From Octopus vulgaris (lineage: Eukaryota), in the NCBI GenBank assembly GCA_951406725.2, contig OX597817.1, positions 77,748,001 to 77,812,000 of the forward strand: 64,000 bases of DNA, written 5' to 3'. Under the pieces are notes generated by a model that made no database searches, was not told the DNA's origin, and worked only from the letters and a program-made list of their open reading frames with translations. The stretch's first letter is position 1, and every line of letters begins with the position of its first letter. Both the position numbers and the translations under genes were made by a program. Of this stretch, positions 14,241-27,706 are shown piece by piece.

Positions 14241-15208
14241 ACATGTATGTATGACACAAGATCACCATCTTCAATATGCCTTCCACTTATCAAAGGTTCT
14301 TTGTTTTGCAAATTACCTGGTGAACTGCAAAAAGTGTTTAGCCCACTCTGTGGGGTAGTTGGAGCTAGGAAGGGCACTCAGTGGTAAAATCCATACCAAA
14401 ACAGACACAGAAGCCTGGTGCAGTCTTCTGCCTGGTCAGGTACTGTCAAATTATCCAATCCATGTTAGCATGGAAGGTGGACATTAAACGATGATGTATG
14501 TATAAATGTAAGTATACACACACACACACATATACATATATATTACATATGTATAAAATAGATGTATAAATTTCTTTGCGATTAAGAGAAAGAGAGAGAA
14601 GGACAGAAAGAAAGAAAGAGGTAAAGAGATAGAGAGTGGTAGAAGGAACTTGAGAGAAGCAGAAGGAGAGAGAGTGAGTGAGAGAGGAGGAAGGGAGAGA
14701 GAGAAAGAGAGTGATGAAGAGCAATAAAGATAAAGAACAAAAAAAAATAAAGAACAATAGAAGTAAAAGCAAAAAGAGATGTAAAAAAAAATAACAAATG
14801 AAAGAGACAGTGCGTGTGTGTGTGAGTGAGAAAGAAAGAAAGAGAAAGAGAGAGAGAGTGAAGGGAAGAAGAAAGAGAAGAAGGGGAACAAAGGAGAAAA
14901 CAAGAAGAATGTCAAAGATATAAAGCCTAAAACTAATTCCAACCACAAAATTTTACATTTTGAGCCTCTCCTTCATAAAAGAAGAATATCTACAGGTTTA
15001 TTTTCCTTGTCTCATCGCTATTCTCTGATTCCTTTATTCTTTTATTCTTTCATTCTAATTTTAATTCTAATTCTAATTCTGAAAAAAAAAAAAAAAAAAA
15101 CACAACACAAAACAAATAAGCAAAAAAAAAAAACAACAAATCAGTTTCTTTCATTCTTTTATTCTTCACGATTGTATTTCAATATTTCTATCATCATATG
15201 TGTTTGCT

Positions 15209-15249
<41 letters not shown>

Positions 15250-15323
15250 TACTATTTTAGTTGTTATTATTATTATTATCATCATCTTCATTATTATTAT
15301 TGTTATTATTTTAATTATTATTA

Positions 15324-15381
<58 letters not shown>

Positions 15382-15407
15382 CATCATCATTATTATTGTT
15401 ATTATTT

Positions 15408-15453
<46 letters not shown>

Positions 15454-15476
15454 CATCATCATTATTATTATTATTA

Positions 15477-15546
<70 letters not shown>

Positions 15547-15722
15547 CATCATTATTATTATTATCATCATCATTATTATTATTATCATCATTATTATTAT
15601 TATTATCATCATTATTATTATTATCATCATTATTATCATTATTATTATTATTATTATCATCATTATTATTATTATTTTTATTATTATTATTATTGTTATT
15701 ATTATTATTGTTATCATTGTTA
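15209..15722. repeat. Long (ATT/ATC)n compound microsatellite
   Basis: Directly visible. Confidence 0.95.
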
Positions 15723-16347
15723 TTTCGTTTTTCTTCTAGATTGTTCTCAGATGAAGGACTCCCAATTATGTGGTGTTTATCCATTGTTAAACTGCCAAGA
15801 TGTGTAATTCAGTGAACATTTGAGCAGTAACAACAGTTCTAGACCAGATTTCAGGTGGAATTGTTCAAGAGCCAAATGTGAAAACTTTTGGCAAATACCT
15901 ATAAATGGAACAACTTCAACCGACTGACTGGTGGTTGTCTTGTATTGTTTGTTGTTGTTGTTGATGGTGTTATGGTGGTGGTGGCGGTGGTAGTAGTGAT
16001 GATGGTTGTTGTTGATGGTGGTGGTGGTGGTGTGATGCTGGTCTTGCTGTTGTTTTTAGTTGTGTCTGTGTGTTGAATATTTTTGTTTATTTTTTAAATT
16101 TTCGTCTTTTTTTTTTGGAGATAAAATGATGAGATGAGGATGATGAGAAGAGGAAGAAATAAAGTAGAATGGAGACACACACACACACACACACGCACAT
16201 ACACAGAGACAGAGACACAGAGAAACAGACAGACAGAGAGAGAAAGAAAGAGAGAGTGAGAGTCAGACAGACAGATAGAGAGGAAGAGAGAGAAACAGTG
16301 TGTGTAGATGTGTGTGTGTGTGTATGTGTGCTCATGTGCAAAGTGAG

Positions 16348-16394
<47 letters not shown>

Positions 16395-16652
16395 TAGAGA
16401 GAAAACGAGATTGAGAAAGAGAGAGAAAAAGACATGTGTCTTTTGTGTCTGTGTGTCGGTGTGCTTGTGTGTGTTTGTGTGGACAGGCTACAGAGGAGAG
16501 AGAGACAGAGGGAGAGAGAGACAGAGGGAAAGAGAGAGGGAGATAAAGACAAAGACAAAGAGTGAGAGATTGGAAGAAAGAGAGAAAGCAAGAGATAGAG
16601 AGAAGAAGTAGGTATTGTTCAAACCCTTTTGTTCAAAAGAAAGCAGATGACT

Positions 16653-16713
<61 letters not shown>

Positions 16714-16832
16714 TGAGAAAGTGAGGAAAAGAGTAAAGAAGAGACACTAATAAACATCATAATTGTTAGGGAGGGAGAAAACAAATGAGAGAGAGAGAGG
16801 AAGAAAGATAGATAGGTACATAGATAGATAGA

Positions 16833-16886
<54 letters not shown>

Positions 16887-18037
16887 AAGAGTAAGCACTG
16901 TTCACTTTCTTGTGTTCAAGAGAAAGCAGATGACAGAGAGGGAGAAATAGTAGAAGACAGAGAGAGAGAGAGAGCAGGATAGACAGAAAAGGGAGTGAGG
17001 GAGAGGAAGAGAGTAGGAAAGAGTGGGAGGGAAAGAGAGAATTTTATAAAGTGAGGAAAAAGAGTAAGGAAGAGTAACAAACAGAGAGATTGTTAGAGAG
17101 TGAGAGGAGAAGAAAAGGGTGAGAGATAGAGACAAAAATAAAGAGAGGGAGAGAGAGTGGAGGTGTGCATTGTTGGGTTCTCTTCTAAAAAGTATGGAGT
17201 GATTTTTCTCTCTTGCATTTAAATTAATTTTTAATTTAATTCTATTTTTATTGCATATAATCTCATTGATTGTTTGCAATTGTTGTTGCTGTCATTGTCA
17301 CTGCTGCCGTTATCATTCATCTGCTTGTCCCTCCTGGTTTTCGGTGGTGGTGGTGGTGGTGGTAGTGGTGATGGTGATGGTGATGGTGGTGGTGGTGGTG
17401 GTGGTGACATTACCGGCTATGATAGTACCGATAGTATTGTTGTTGTTTTATGCTTGTAATGATGTTGTTGTTGTTGTTATTGTTGTTGTTAGCGCATGTA
17501 TAATGATGACATCATTCGCGTAGTTATGGTTGCAGTAGTGGTGGTGGTGGTGGTGGTGCTGGTAATTGCATTGGCAATGGTGGTCGTGTTGTTTTTGGTG
17601 GTGGTTCTAGTTGTGGGTGTCACGAATATGGTAGTGTTGTAGTCAATGTGGCTCCATTTGTTCTAAAGACAAGTGTATTTGTATATATATATATGTAGAT
17701 AGACACATGCACAATTATGTATATATGTATGCATATGTATATATACATTATATATAAACATATTAATGGATGCAGGTTCGTGTGTCAAATAGCTAGCTTG
17801 AGGCGGTGGCCTCATGGAGCTAACCAGCGACAGCTTTAGTCTTATATTTATAAGACTGCCATATTAGTATAGCGATAACTATTAATTTCCAGTAACGCTG
17901 CCGTAATCTCCTTTAGAGAAACTTAGTAATTTTAATATTTCTATTATTGAAAACAAGTGGATGTATTCCACTGAAACTAGGTAAATAAAGCCTTCGAACT
18001 GGGACGATCAGTAGCGACACCTGCAAGTCTGACTACA

Positions 18038-18076
18038 CTGCATTGATAAGGGGCAACAACCCTGAAACGTCTGTAG
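18038..18076 (+). ncRNA. Minimal type I hammerhead ribozyme, U3:A8 core variant (copy 1)
   Basis: ctgca-TTGATAA-gggg caacaa ccct-GAAA-cg-TC-tgtag; stems I and II pair; palindromic ACGT stem III; predicted cleavage after C18071. Confidence 0.7.
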
Positions 18077-18400
18077 CTGTCTGACTGGCAGGATGACGCA
18101 GCTGACCTCTCTTGTTTGAAAGTTTTTAATGGACGCAGGTTCGTGTGTCAAATAGCTAGCTTGAGGCGGTGGCCTCATGGAGCTAACCAGTGACAGCTTT
18201 ATTCTTATATTCATAAGACTGCCATATTAGTATGGCGATAACTATTAATTTCCGGTAACGCTGCCGTAATCTCCTTTAGAGAGACTTAGTAATTTTAATA
18301 ATTCTATTATTGAAAACAAGTGGATGTATTCCTCTGAAACTAGGTAAATAAAGCCTTCGAACTGGGACGATCAGTAGCGACACCTGCAAGTCTGACTACG

Positions 18401-18439
18401 CTGCATTGATAAGGGGCAACAACCCTGAAACGTCTGTAG
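18401..18439 (+). ncRNA. Minimal type I hammerhead ribozyme, U3:A8 core variant (copy 2)
   Basis: Identical motif 363 nt downstream; predicted cleavage after C18434. Confidence 0.7.
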
Positions 18440-18759
18440 CTGTCTGACTGGCAGGATGAAGCGGCTGACCTCCCTTGTTTGAAGGTTTTTAATGGACTCA
18501 TGGAGCTAACCAGCGACAGCTTTAGTCCTATATTTATAAGACTGCCATATTAGTATGGCGATAACTATTAATTTCCAGTAACGCTGCCATAATCTCCTTT
18601 AGAGAGACTGAGTAATTTTAATATTTCTATTATATTTATATATATATATATATATAATTAAACTAGTTGTAGAATAATTCAGTGGAGCGGGATCCAAAGT
18701 CTGTCAAACACTGCTCAATCCAGGGAAGGTGGCGTCCTCCAGTTCAGCAAAAGAAATTT

Positions 18760-19030
18760 GGCCATGTGCTTGCATTTGTTGAAAATTTCAGATCTGAAAT
18801 TAAGTGGTACTGTGCAATTACCTCTAAAAGAAATCTGTGTGATCTTTCAGCATGCATAAGTTGCATTTCTTAGATCAATTCACATATGTCCTGGATTTCT
18901 CAACAATTCTCCACCTGATTGTATGTGGTGGATAGTTGGTCGTCAAATGTCCTATGTAGCTAACTAATTCAGTGGCTTTACTTTTATTGATGTGCCAGAA
19001 AGAAGACAATTGTTTGCACGATATCTTTTG
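18760..19030 (-). pseudogene. PLE GIY-YIG C-terminal remnant
   Basis: Homologous to 3129-3490 (shared ttcagatctgaaatt / aacaaatgcaagcacatgg; IRWRIVEK, LNFRSEIFNKCKH). Confidence 0.6.
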
Positions 19031-19328
19031 AAACTCAACTCACATAACCTGACGTAAATTTTCTTTCCAATAACATTAACTAGAAGTGTTGCTGTGACTT
19101 CTGGTTCATAGTCACCTGGATGGATCAGATGGAATTTGTGGAAGCAGATTTTCTATTGTTGTGTGCCCTTCCTGCTATTTCCAACCCTCAACTGTATGGT
19201 GATAATGCTCATTTGAAACCATCATGGGACATGTAGACAGAGTGACATAGGCACTTCTACACATGCACACCTTCTATACATGCATAAATACATACATGCA
19301 TACATGCATACATACATACATACATACA

Positions 19329-19360
<32 letters not shown>

Positions 19361-19533
19361 CATATATATAATTATATATATACACATACACATGCAAATA
19401 TTTATATATCCATATATCTATCTATATACATGTGTGTATATGTATGAATGTACATGTATATATGTATGCATGTATTCTCTCTATCTCTCTCCCTATATAT
19501 ATGTGTATGTATATATGTATATTTATATATGTA

Positions 19534-19591
<58 letters not shown>

Positions 19592-19597
19592 TATACG

Positions 19598-20439
19598 CAG
19601 TAATCCCTCGACTATCACGGTTGTTACAATAGGTGAAAATCCGCAAAGTAGCAACAGTACTGTACTATGTCTTTTTTATTATTTTTATAATTCGTATATA
19701 TTTATCTTATTACTAGCAGTATCGCCCGGCGTTGCTCAGGTTTGTAAGGGAAATAACTATAAAGCATTTTTAGAGAGTTATAGCCAAAAAACAGCAAAAA
19801 AATGGAAAAAAATGAGTTAGAGTTAAAAGGTGGAGTTGCGTCCCCTAGACAGTTTGTGGTTTGTGTTTCTGATTCTCGGCCCCATGTCGAATTTATCGAT
19901 TTTTTTCAGAACTGGAGGAACTTTTCAAAATTTTCGCTGCGTTAGTTTTGAATTATGACATTGGGCTATGTGTGTGTCAAGTTTCATCAGAATTGGTTGA
20001 AAGCCGTGGTCAGGGTGAGGGTACAAGCAAACAGACACAGAGAAACAAGCACAGACAAACTGCCGTTTATATAGAGAGAGATACATGCAAAACAACACCA
20101 CACACTCACATCCTGAGTTTCGTTTCCCACATATTATACGCGATCCTTTGTTTATTTATCTACAGCACACTACGTAATTACTTTTAATATATTTTAATGA
20201 GTGTGTTATTCAGTTTTGTACTGTACTGTACTTTTATGTATTCATTTATTAATTTTTAGGTGTGAAAATGCTTTTTTTTTTTACCACAGAAATAATTAAA
20301 GTGTAAAGAAATATAAATACCTATCAACAACAGAAACCCAAGATATATTAAGGAGTCCTCGATATAAATTTACATATATTAGCCAGAAAAATTCGCAATG
20401 TGCTGAGAGCATGATAGGTGAACTGTGATATGGTGAGTG

Positions 20440-20442
<3 letters not shown>
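19598..20442. mobile_element. pogo/Tigger-like MITE with a nested Helitron
   Basis: Left end CAGTAATCCCTCGACTATCACGG; degenerate right end CTGTGATATGGTGAGTGAT; TA flanks. Confidence 0.5.
19713..20081 (-). mobile_element. Non-autonomous Helitron
   Basis: On minus: A|TCTCTCTCTATAT start, hairpin gagcaacgccgggc, CTAG|T end; shares termini with 8882-9275. Confidence 0.8.
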
Positions 20443-20515
<73 letters not shown>

Positions 20516-20522
20516 TATTTAC

Positions 20523-20553
<31 letters not shown>

Positions 20554-21193
20554 CATATATATATATATATACATATATATATGTATTCATATATATGTGC
20601 ATGTGTCTGTGTGTACATGCATGTGTATGTATATATATACACACGAGCAAAACGCCCCCCCCCCCACCGTCCAATGGACAGTGCTGAGTTGTCAAACATT
20701 TAAACCAAATTTTCTCAAAACAACTGTCCCATAGGCCTCCCCTTTGAGAAACGCTGATTTAACCTAAATTTGAGACACTAGCAAAAGAAGAAATAAAGAT
20801 AGACTTTTTTTTATTCCAAAGGAAAACAATTTTATTCATGCAAATATGCAACCGAAGAGTTTAAAGTACCAGTAATGATGAGGCTGTTGACTGGGAGAAC
20901 ACAAACATGGTTTAAACAGTAAGCTTGGTAGGAAAGAAACATGCCTTTAAGCAGTACAAAAACAACAAAAAACGGAAGGTGCAGTTATGTACAGGTTGAC
21001 AGAAGAAAGGCAGGACAAAAACGACTTTATTGATCACATTCTCACCTGGAATCGATTTTTGTAATTTTTTCAAGACTTATACATGCCCTGATACCGTCAG
21101 TATCTACATATCAAATTTGAGTACAATTGGATGGAGGATGCCCGAGTTCCTAGAAGATACACACACAGACAGACAGAACGGATTTTATATAAA

Positions 21194-21231
<38 letters not shown>

Positions 21232-21735
21232 GAAAATGGATTAAACAACCTATATTTAAATATCACTAGAATTGTTTCAACACTTTTACACTTGTAGAAC
21301 ATTGTTGAGGTGATATCATTTACATGTTTCAAAGTATGATCCAAAGAAGAACTTCTTTAAACAATCACCTGAAGAAGAGCATCTTACATCTCAGATGGAT
21401 GACACTGATTACGCAATATGTTAATATTATTAACTTCATCTCACTGATGTACTATGAATAAAGAATGTCATTCCATCCATTTTCTATCATTTATTTATTT
21501 ATTTATATATATAAATTCTTCAGATACAATGAAATTCCTGATGTTTAACTTTTAGCAAGAGTATTTCTATTGTATGAGAACATCAGGTGGCCAATAACTG
21601 TGGATAAGCTTTGCTTTGTATTGTATACTACAAAGTTTTTACTCGAATGTTATTTTGTTAAATACCCATATATATATATGTCAAATTCTATATGTATATA
21701 TACATATATATGCACACACATGAACACATAAACAC

Positions 21736-21787
<52 letters not shown>

Positions 21788-21794
21788 GTCTGTT

Positions 21795-21839
<45 letters not shown>

Positions 21840-22066
21840 GATGTATCATGGCTACCAAATAATTGTCTCATATTATATTTACAGATAAATTCCTCTATTT
21901 ACATTATATCGAGGTCTCTTTCATTCTTTTGTTGTCTTACCATTTCATGGGTACTGAATAATTGTCACATATTACATTTACAGATACACACACACACACA
22001 CATATATTTATATATATATATATGCACTCACATATATATATATATATATATATATATGCATATATA

Positions 22067-22195
22067 AGCTTCTTTCAGTTTCAGTCTACTAAATCCACTC
22101 ACAAGACTTTGGTTAGCTGAGGGCAAAAGACACTTGCCCAAGGTGCTAATCAGTGGGACTGAATCCAAGACCAAGTGACTGGGAAAAAAGCCAAC
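22067..22195 (-). mobile_element. SINE family B fragment
   Basis: Reverse complement of the family head. Confidence 0.65.
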
Positions 22196-22379
22196 ACACA
22201 AACACACACACACACATACACATATAAGTCCACTCTTTGAAGTGGTTGGTGTAAGGAAGGGCATCCAGTTGTAAAAACTGTGACAAAGCAGATACAAAAG
22301 TCTGGTGCGGTCTTCTACCTGCACAGCTCCATTGAAATTGTCCAAACCTTGCCAGCATGGAAGCTGGATGTTATATGTG

Positions 22380-22450
<71 letters not shown>

Positions 22451-25325
22451 ATCATCATCATCATCATCATCATTTAGCGTCCACTTTCCATGCTAGCATG
22501 GGTTGGACGGTTCAACTGGGGTCTGTGAAGCCAGAAGGCTGCATCAGGCCCAGTCTGATCTGGCAGTGTTTCTACGGTTGGATGGCCTTCCTAACGCCAA
22601 CCACTCCGTGAGAGTGGTGGGTGCTTTTTACGTGCCACCCACACAGGTGCCAGACGGAGCTGGCAAATGGCCATGGACGGATGGTGCTTTTTACGTGCCA
22701 CCGGCACGGGGGCCAGGCGAGGCTGGCAATGGCCATGAACGGATGGTGCTTTTATGTGCCACCGGCACGGGGACCAGGCGAGGCTGGCAATGGCCACAAA
22801 CGGATGGTGCTACATGCCACCGGCACGGGGTCCAGGAGAGGCTGGCAACGGCCATGAACAGATGGTGCTTTTTATGTGCCACCGGCACTGAGGGCAGTCG
22901 GGGCGGCGCTGGCAATGGCCACGATCGGATGGTTTGCTTACTTGTCACCGGCACTGGTATCACAGCTGCAATTTCTATTGATGTTGATCGACTTCGATTT
23001 TGGTTCTGCTTTCTGATATCTGATTTGATTTGGTTTGATTTTGATTTTGATTTTCACTTGCCTCAACGGGTCTTCACAAGTGGAGTTTTGAGTCCCAAGA
23101 AGGAAAGGTATGTATAAGTCGACTGGCTACATACCAGGTAGAGGCCATGGGTTATGGTCTCACTAGTCTTGCTGGGTCTTCTCACGCACAGCATACTTCC
23201 ATAGGTCTCGGTCTCTAGTCATTTCCTTGGTGAGACCTAAAGTTCGAAGGTCATGCTTCACCACCTCGTCCCAGGTTTTCCTGGGTCTACCTCTTCCACA
23301 GGTTCCCTCAACTGCTAGAGTGTGGAACTTTTGCACACAACTATCTTCACCCATTCTCATCACATGACCATACCAGCGCAAACGTCTCTCTTGCACACCA
23401 CAACTGATGCTTCTTAGGTCCAACTTTTCTCTCAAGGTACTTACACTCTGTCGATTATGAACACTGACATTACACATCCATCGAAGCATACTGGCTTCAT
23501 TTCTCACAAGCTTACGCATATCCTCAGCAGTCACAGCCCATGTTTCAATACCATGTAGCATAGCTGTACGTACACATGCATCATACAGTCTGCCTTTTAC
23601 TCTGAGCGAGAGCCTTTTGTCACCAGCAGGGGTAAGAGCTCTCTAAACTTTGCCCAGGCTATTCTTATTCTAGCAGTTACACTTTCAGCACACCCACCCC
23701 CGCTACTGACTTGGTCACCTAGGTAGCGGAAGCTATCAACTACTTCTAGTTTTTCTCCCTGGAACGTGGTAGAAGTTGGTCTCTGCACATTTTCAGTGTT
23801 TATTGCTCCCGAGCATCTGCCACAGACAAAAACTATTTCCCTAGTTAGCCTTCCTTTGACATTGCTGCACCTCTTATGTGTCCATAGCTTACACTTGGTG
23901 CACCTTATAGAGTTTCTACCTACACCTTTCTTACAGATCGAGCAGGGCCATCTACCTGAAGGCGTTTGTGATTGGTCTACCTTCCTACTTATTAGGACTT
24001 TGGTTTTGGCTAGGTTGATTCTAAGGCCCTTCGATTCTAATCCTTGCTTCCACACCTGAAACTTCTCCTCCAGTTCTGATAGTGACTCAGCAATTAGAGC
24101 AAGGTCATCAGCATAGAGGAGCTCCCAGGGGCATCCTGTCTTGAATTCCTCCACAATTGCCTGGAGGACTATGATAAATAGGAGGGGACTGAGGACTGAA
24201 CCTTAGTGGACCCCAACCTCTACCCGGAATTCTTCACTGTACTCGTTGCCAACCCTGACCTTACTAGCAGCGTCTCTGTACATGGCTCGCACAGCTCTCA
24301 CTAACCATTCATTTATCCCTAGTTTCCTCATTGACCACCAGATAAGGGATCGGGGGACCCTGTCAAAGGCTTTCTCCATGTCAACAAAAGCCAGGTACAG
24401 GGGCTTATCTTTGGCTAGGTCCTGCAGCTGTCTTACCAGGAATATAGCATCAATAGTACTTTTCCCTGGCACGAACCCAAACTGCATCTCATCTAAGCTA
24501 ACTCTCTCTCTAATTAGTTGGGCTATAACCCTCTCTGTAACCTTCATTACCTGATCCAGCAGCTTGATACCCCTGTAGTTATTTGTATCTAGGGCATCAC
24601 CTTTACCTTTGTAGCAGTTGACTATTATGCTGCTACACCAGTCATTGGGTATGACTCCTTCGTGTATCACCTGGTTAGCTATACGGGTGACTAGGCTATA
24701 GCCGACACCACCAGATATTTTGAGCATCTCTGCAGTAATTCCTGATGGGCCTGGGGCTTTCCCTGTTTTCATGCTTGTAATTGCCTTAACTACTAAGGAA
24801 CTGTCAACTCGGATTGCTGGTCCCTCTGTTGGGTCGACATTCGGCAGACTCTCTTTATCCCATTCATTTTCCTCATTCAGCAACCTTTCATAGTGGCGTC
24901 TCCAAACCTCTCTCTTTGCATCCTCATTTAGTGCAAGTAAACCGTCATCCTTGCGAACACATTTCTCTCCTACCACGTCACGATCCTCTCTGACACACTG
25001 TCTTGCAACACGAAATACCTCAAGTCTTTCATCCTCACGGCGCAGAACATTGGCAAATTTTTTCTTATCTGCTTCCTCTCTGGCTAAATACACCTGCCTC
25101 CTAGCTTCCCTTCTGATACACTTCCCTGCTACCACCGTTCTTCCAGTCCTTCCAAGCCTGTTTGTTTTGTCTAATAGCCCTGTCAACAATATTGTTCCAC
25201 CACCACGTTATTTTGGGTCTTGAGGGGACTTTGCACCAGCCACAGATCTGGTCAGTGGCTTTCAGCAGGTTGTCCCTTAGAAGCATCCAGTTGTCTTCTA
25301 CCCCATGTGTAGCTATACCTCCTTC
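22451..25325 (-). mobile_element. RTE-clade LINE, 5'-truncated and pseudogenised ORF2 (RT), repeat-containing 3' UTR and (GAT)n tail
   Basis: ORF pieces 24203-25189, 23597-24154 and 23163-23561 carry KAPGPSG, NYRGIKLL, AFVDMEKAFDRV, YADD, FRYLG, RRLRWYGHV and RGRPRKTW; in-frame stop at ~24203, frameshift at ~23610 and a 6-bp deletion relative to the 27707 copy. Confidence 0.95.
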
Positions 25326-25966
25326 TATATATATATATATACATACATATATATATATATACATGTGCATATAAATATATATATATATATATTGATATGT
25401 ATGTATTTATGTATGTATGTATGTATGTATGCATGTATGTATGTATGTATGTGTGTATGTATGTATCATGTAGAATTTATACTTTTCAATGTCTGTATTG
25501 AAGATGACTCTCCCTCTCATTCTCTCTCTCTCAAACTCTTTCTCTCAATCTCTCTCTTTTATAATATACACAATGCTTGTATGAAAAATCCATAGCTTGG
25601 ATTCAATGGAAAACCATTTTATTTTCTTGCTGTTTTATCTTGTCATTTTAATTTTTTCTACCATTTTTTTCTTCTTCTCTTTTTCTTTAACTTGTCTCTT
25701 ATTTATGTTTCCTTGTCTTTTGCACAATGTTTTTTTTTTCAATTTATTTATCAATTTATTTATTTTCCTTTTAAATTCCATATACAAGAACTGCTTAGGA
25801 ATTAACACTCTGAAAACAAGAGGCATGATTTTAAACATCACAAGAAAAGTGGTACATTTCAATATAGACTTCTTATTCTCTATGGAGATGATTCTTCAGC
25901 AAAACAGCTGGAATTTACAGAATTCTTTTCTATTTCTCTTATATTTTACCTTTGTTTTGCTTCATC

Positions 25967-26017
<51 letters not shown>

Positions 26018-26550
26018 TATTATTATTATTATTTTTATTATTATTATTGGTATTATAGTTCGTTTGGAATCCTTTTGTTCCAACTGGAAGAATAAAAGGA
26101 ACATTTTTCTGAAATGAAGTTTTCCATTTAGCTTAAGCTATATCATCTTTTGAGTGAAGTTTTAGCAATTAGAGGTAAGAATATTTTTCTGACAATTTTT
26201 ATCGTGATGGTTTAGTTGTTTTTATTTTTCTTCAATCCGAAAGAGAAATTTCCTTGAGTTCTAAAAAAAAGAGAAAGAAGCAAATCTTGGTTAGAACAGC
26301 TACAACAAATGCAATAGCACAACTTTGTGATTTCCCATACCGTATCAAAGTATTTGTAGGAAATAAAGACATTGATAATCAATCACAATAAGAATCAGGG
26401 TTTTTTTAAAAATCTTTTCTTTTGGGTAGTATGTATTGTATGTTTTATGAAAGACAGCAAATGAATGATAAGGTATATACCTCCACTCAACCAAATATAC
26501 ACATGAAGAAAAAAAGTATGTTTATATGTACACATGCATATGTTTATGCT

Positions 26551-26584
<34 letters not shown>

Positions 26585-26585
<1 letters not shown>

Positions 26586-26636
26586 GATAGATAGATAGAG
26601 ATATAAATTTTTCTCTCTATATATATGTATATGTAT

Positions 26637-26673
<37 letters not shown>

Positions 26674-26790
26674 TAGGCAGATGGACAGGTAGACAGTCAG
26701 CTAGCTAGCTAGTTAGCTAGATAGATAGATGGATAGATGGATAGATAGGTAGGTAGGTAGGTAAATAGATAGATAGATAGATAGATAGAG

Positions 26791-26845
<55 letters not shown>

Positions 26846-26850
26846 CAGAC

Positions 26851-26942
<92 letters not shown>

Positions 26943-26943
26943 T

Positions 26944-27038
<95 letters not shown>

Positions 27039-27055
27039 GGACAGAGAGACAGACA
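26585..27055. repeat. (GATA)n/(GACA)n tetranucleotide microsatellite
   Basis: Directly visible. Confidence 0.95.
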
Positions 27056-27423
27056 GGTAGGAAAATGCATGAATGTATGAAATGTTTAGAATGGTACATA
27101 GATGGATAACTTACTCACTAGCTAGATAGATGGATAGATGGATAGATGGATTGACAGTTGAATGGATAGATGGATAGGTAGACAGATGAATGGATAGACA
27201 ATCATATAGACAAAAATATATCACCATCACCATCATCATCATCATCATCATCAACATCATCACATTCAAGGGTGTCCTTTTTTCCCATGCAGGTATATGT
27301 TGGGTTGAACACTTTGAAGCAGTGATTTTATAATGAATGCCTTTCCTGACACCAACATTTTGCATACCAAGATACTACTCTTTCTCTCTCTTCATTTGTC
27401 TGTCTCCTATGTATATGTGTATA

Positions 27424-27481
<58 letters not shown>

Positions 27482-27482
<1 letters not shown>

Positions 27483-27706
27483 TTTATTTAAAGCAGCAGA
27501 AAATTCAACAAAACCTGTTACTCTGAGTTTCCCGTTGCCGTTCGTCGGACAGATTCTAGCAGAAACTGTCCGACGAACGGCAACGGGAAACTCAGAGTAA
27601 CAGGTTTTGTTGAATTTTCTGCTGCTTTAAATAAAGCATATTACTCTACCACTGGTATTTGAGTACTCTTTTTTCCACCTTGTTTCACATTTATGTGTTT
27701 ACTCCG
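27482..27706 (+). mobile_element. PLE pseudo-LTR fragment forming a perfect 71-bp inverted repeat, with hammerhead-like motif
   Basis: 27482-27552 is the exact reverse complement of 27566-27636 with a 13-nt loop; ctgt-CCGACGA-...-GAAA-ctcagag-TA-acag at 27566-27603. Confidence 0.7.

Larger units (their letters stand above)
17764..18633 (+). mobile_element. Tandem array of a 363-bp hammerhead-containing unit (candidate non-LTR retrozyme or tandem PLE pLTRs)
   Basis: Unit starts at 17764, 18127 and 18490 (period 363); third copy is partial and has a 40-bp deletion; each full unit has a hammerhead motif; no credible ORF; TA-rich flanks. Confidence 0.75.

Noticed and set aside
21360-21410. CTGAAGAagag...ctc hammerhead-like half motif
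   Set aside because: No GAAA core or cleavage triplet follows; too degenerate
22620-22930. ~60-bp regularly spaced repeats, superficially CRISPR-like (also 12140-12385 and 29540-29745)
   Set aside because: There are no unique spacers and no cas genes; these are tandem repeats in the RTE 3' UTR of a eukaryote
22503-23117. 204-aa ORF (and its homologue at 12025-12546)
   Set aside because: Antisense read-through of the GC-rich RTE 3' UTR repeats
27482-27636. Hairpin as a possible miRNA precursor
   Set aside because: The perfect 71-bp arms with an embedded hammerhead motif fit an inverted PLE pLTR; no known mature miRNA was recognised
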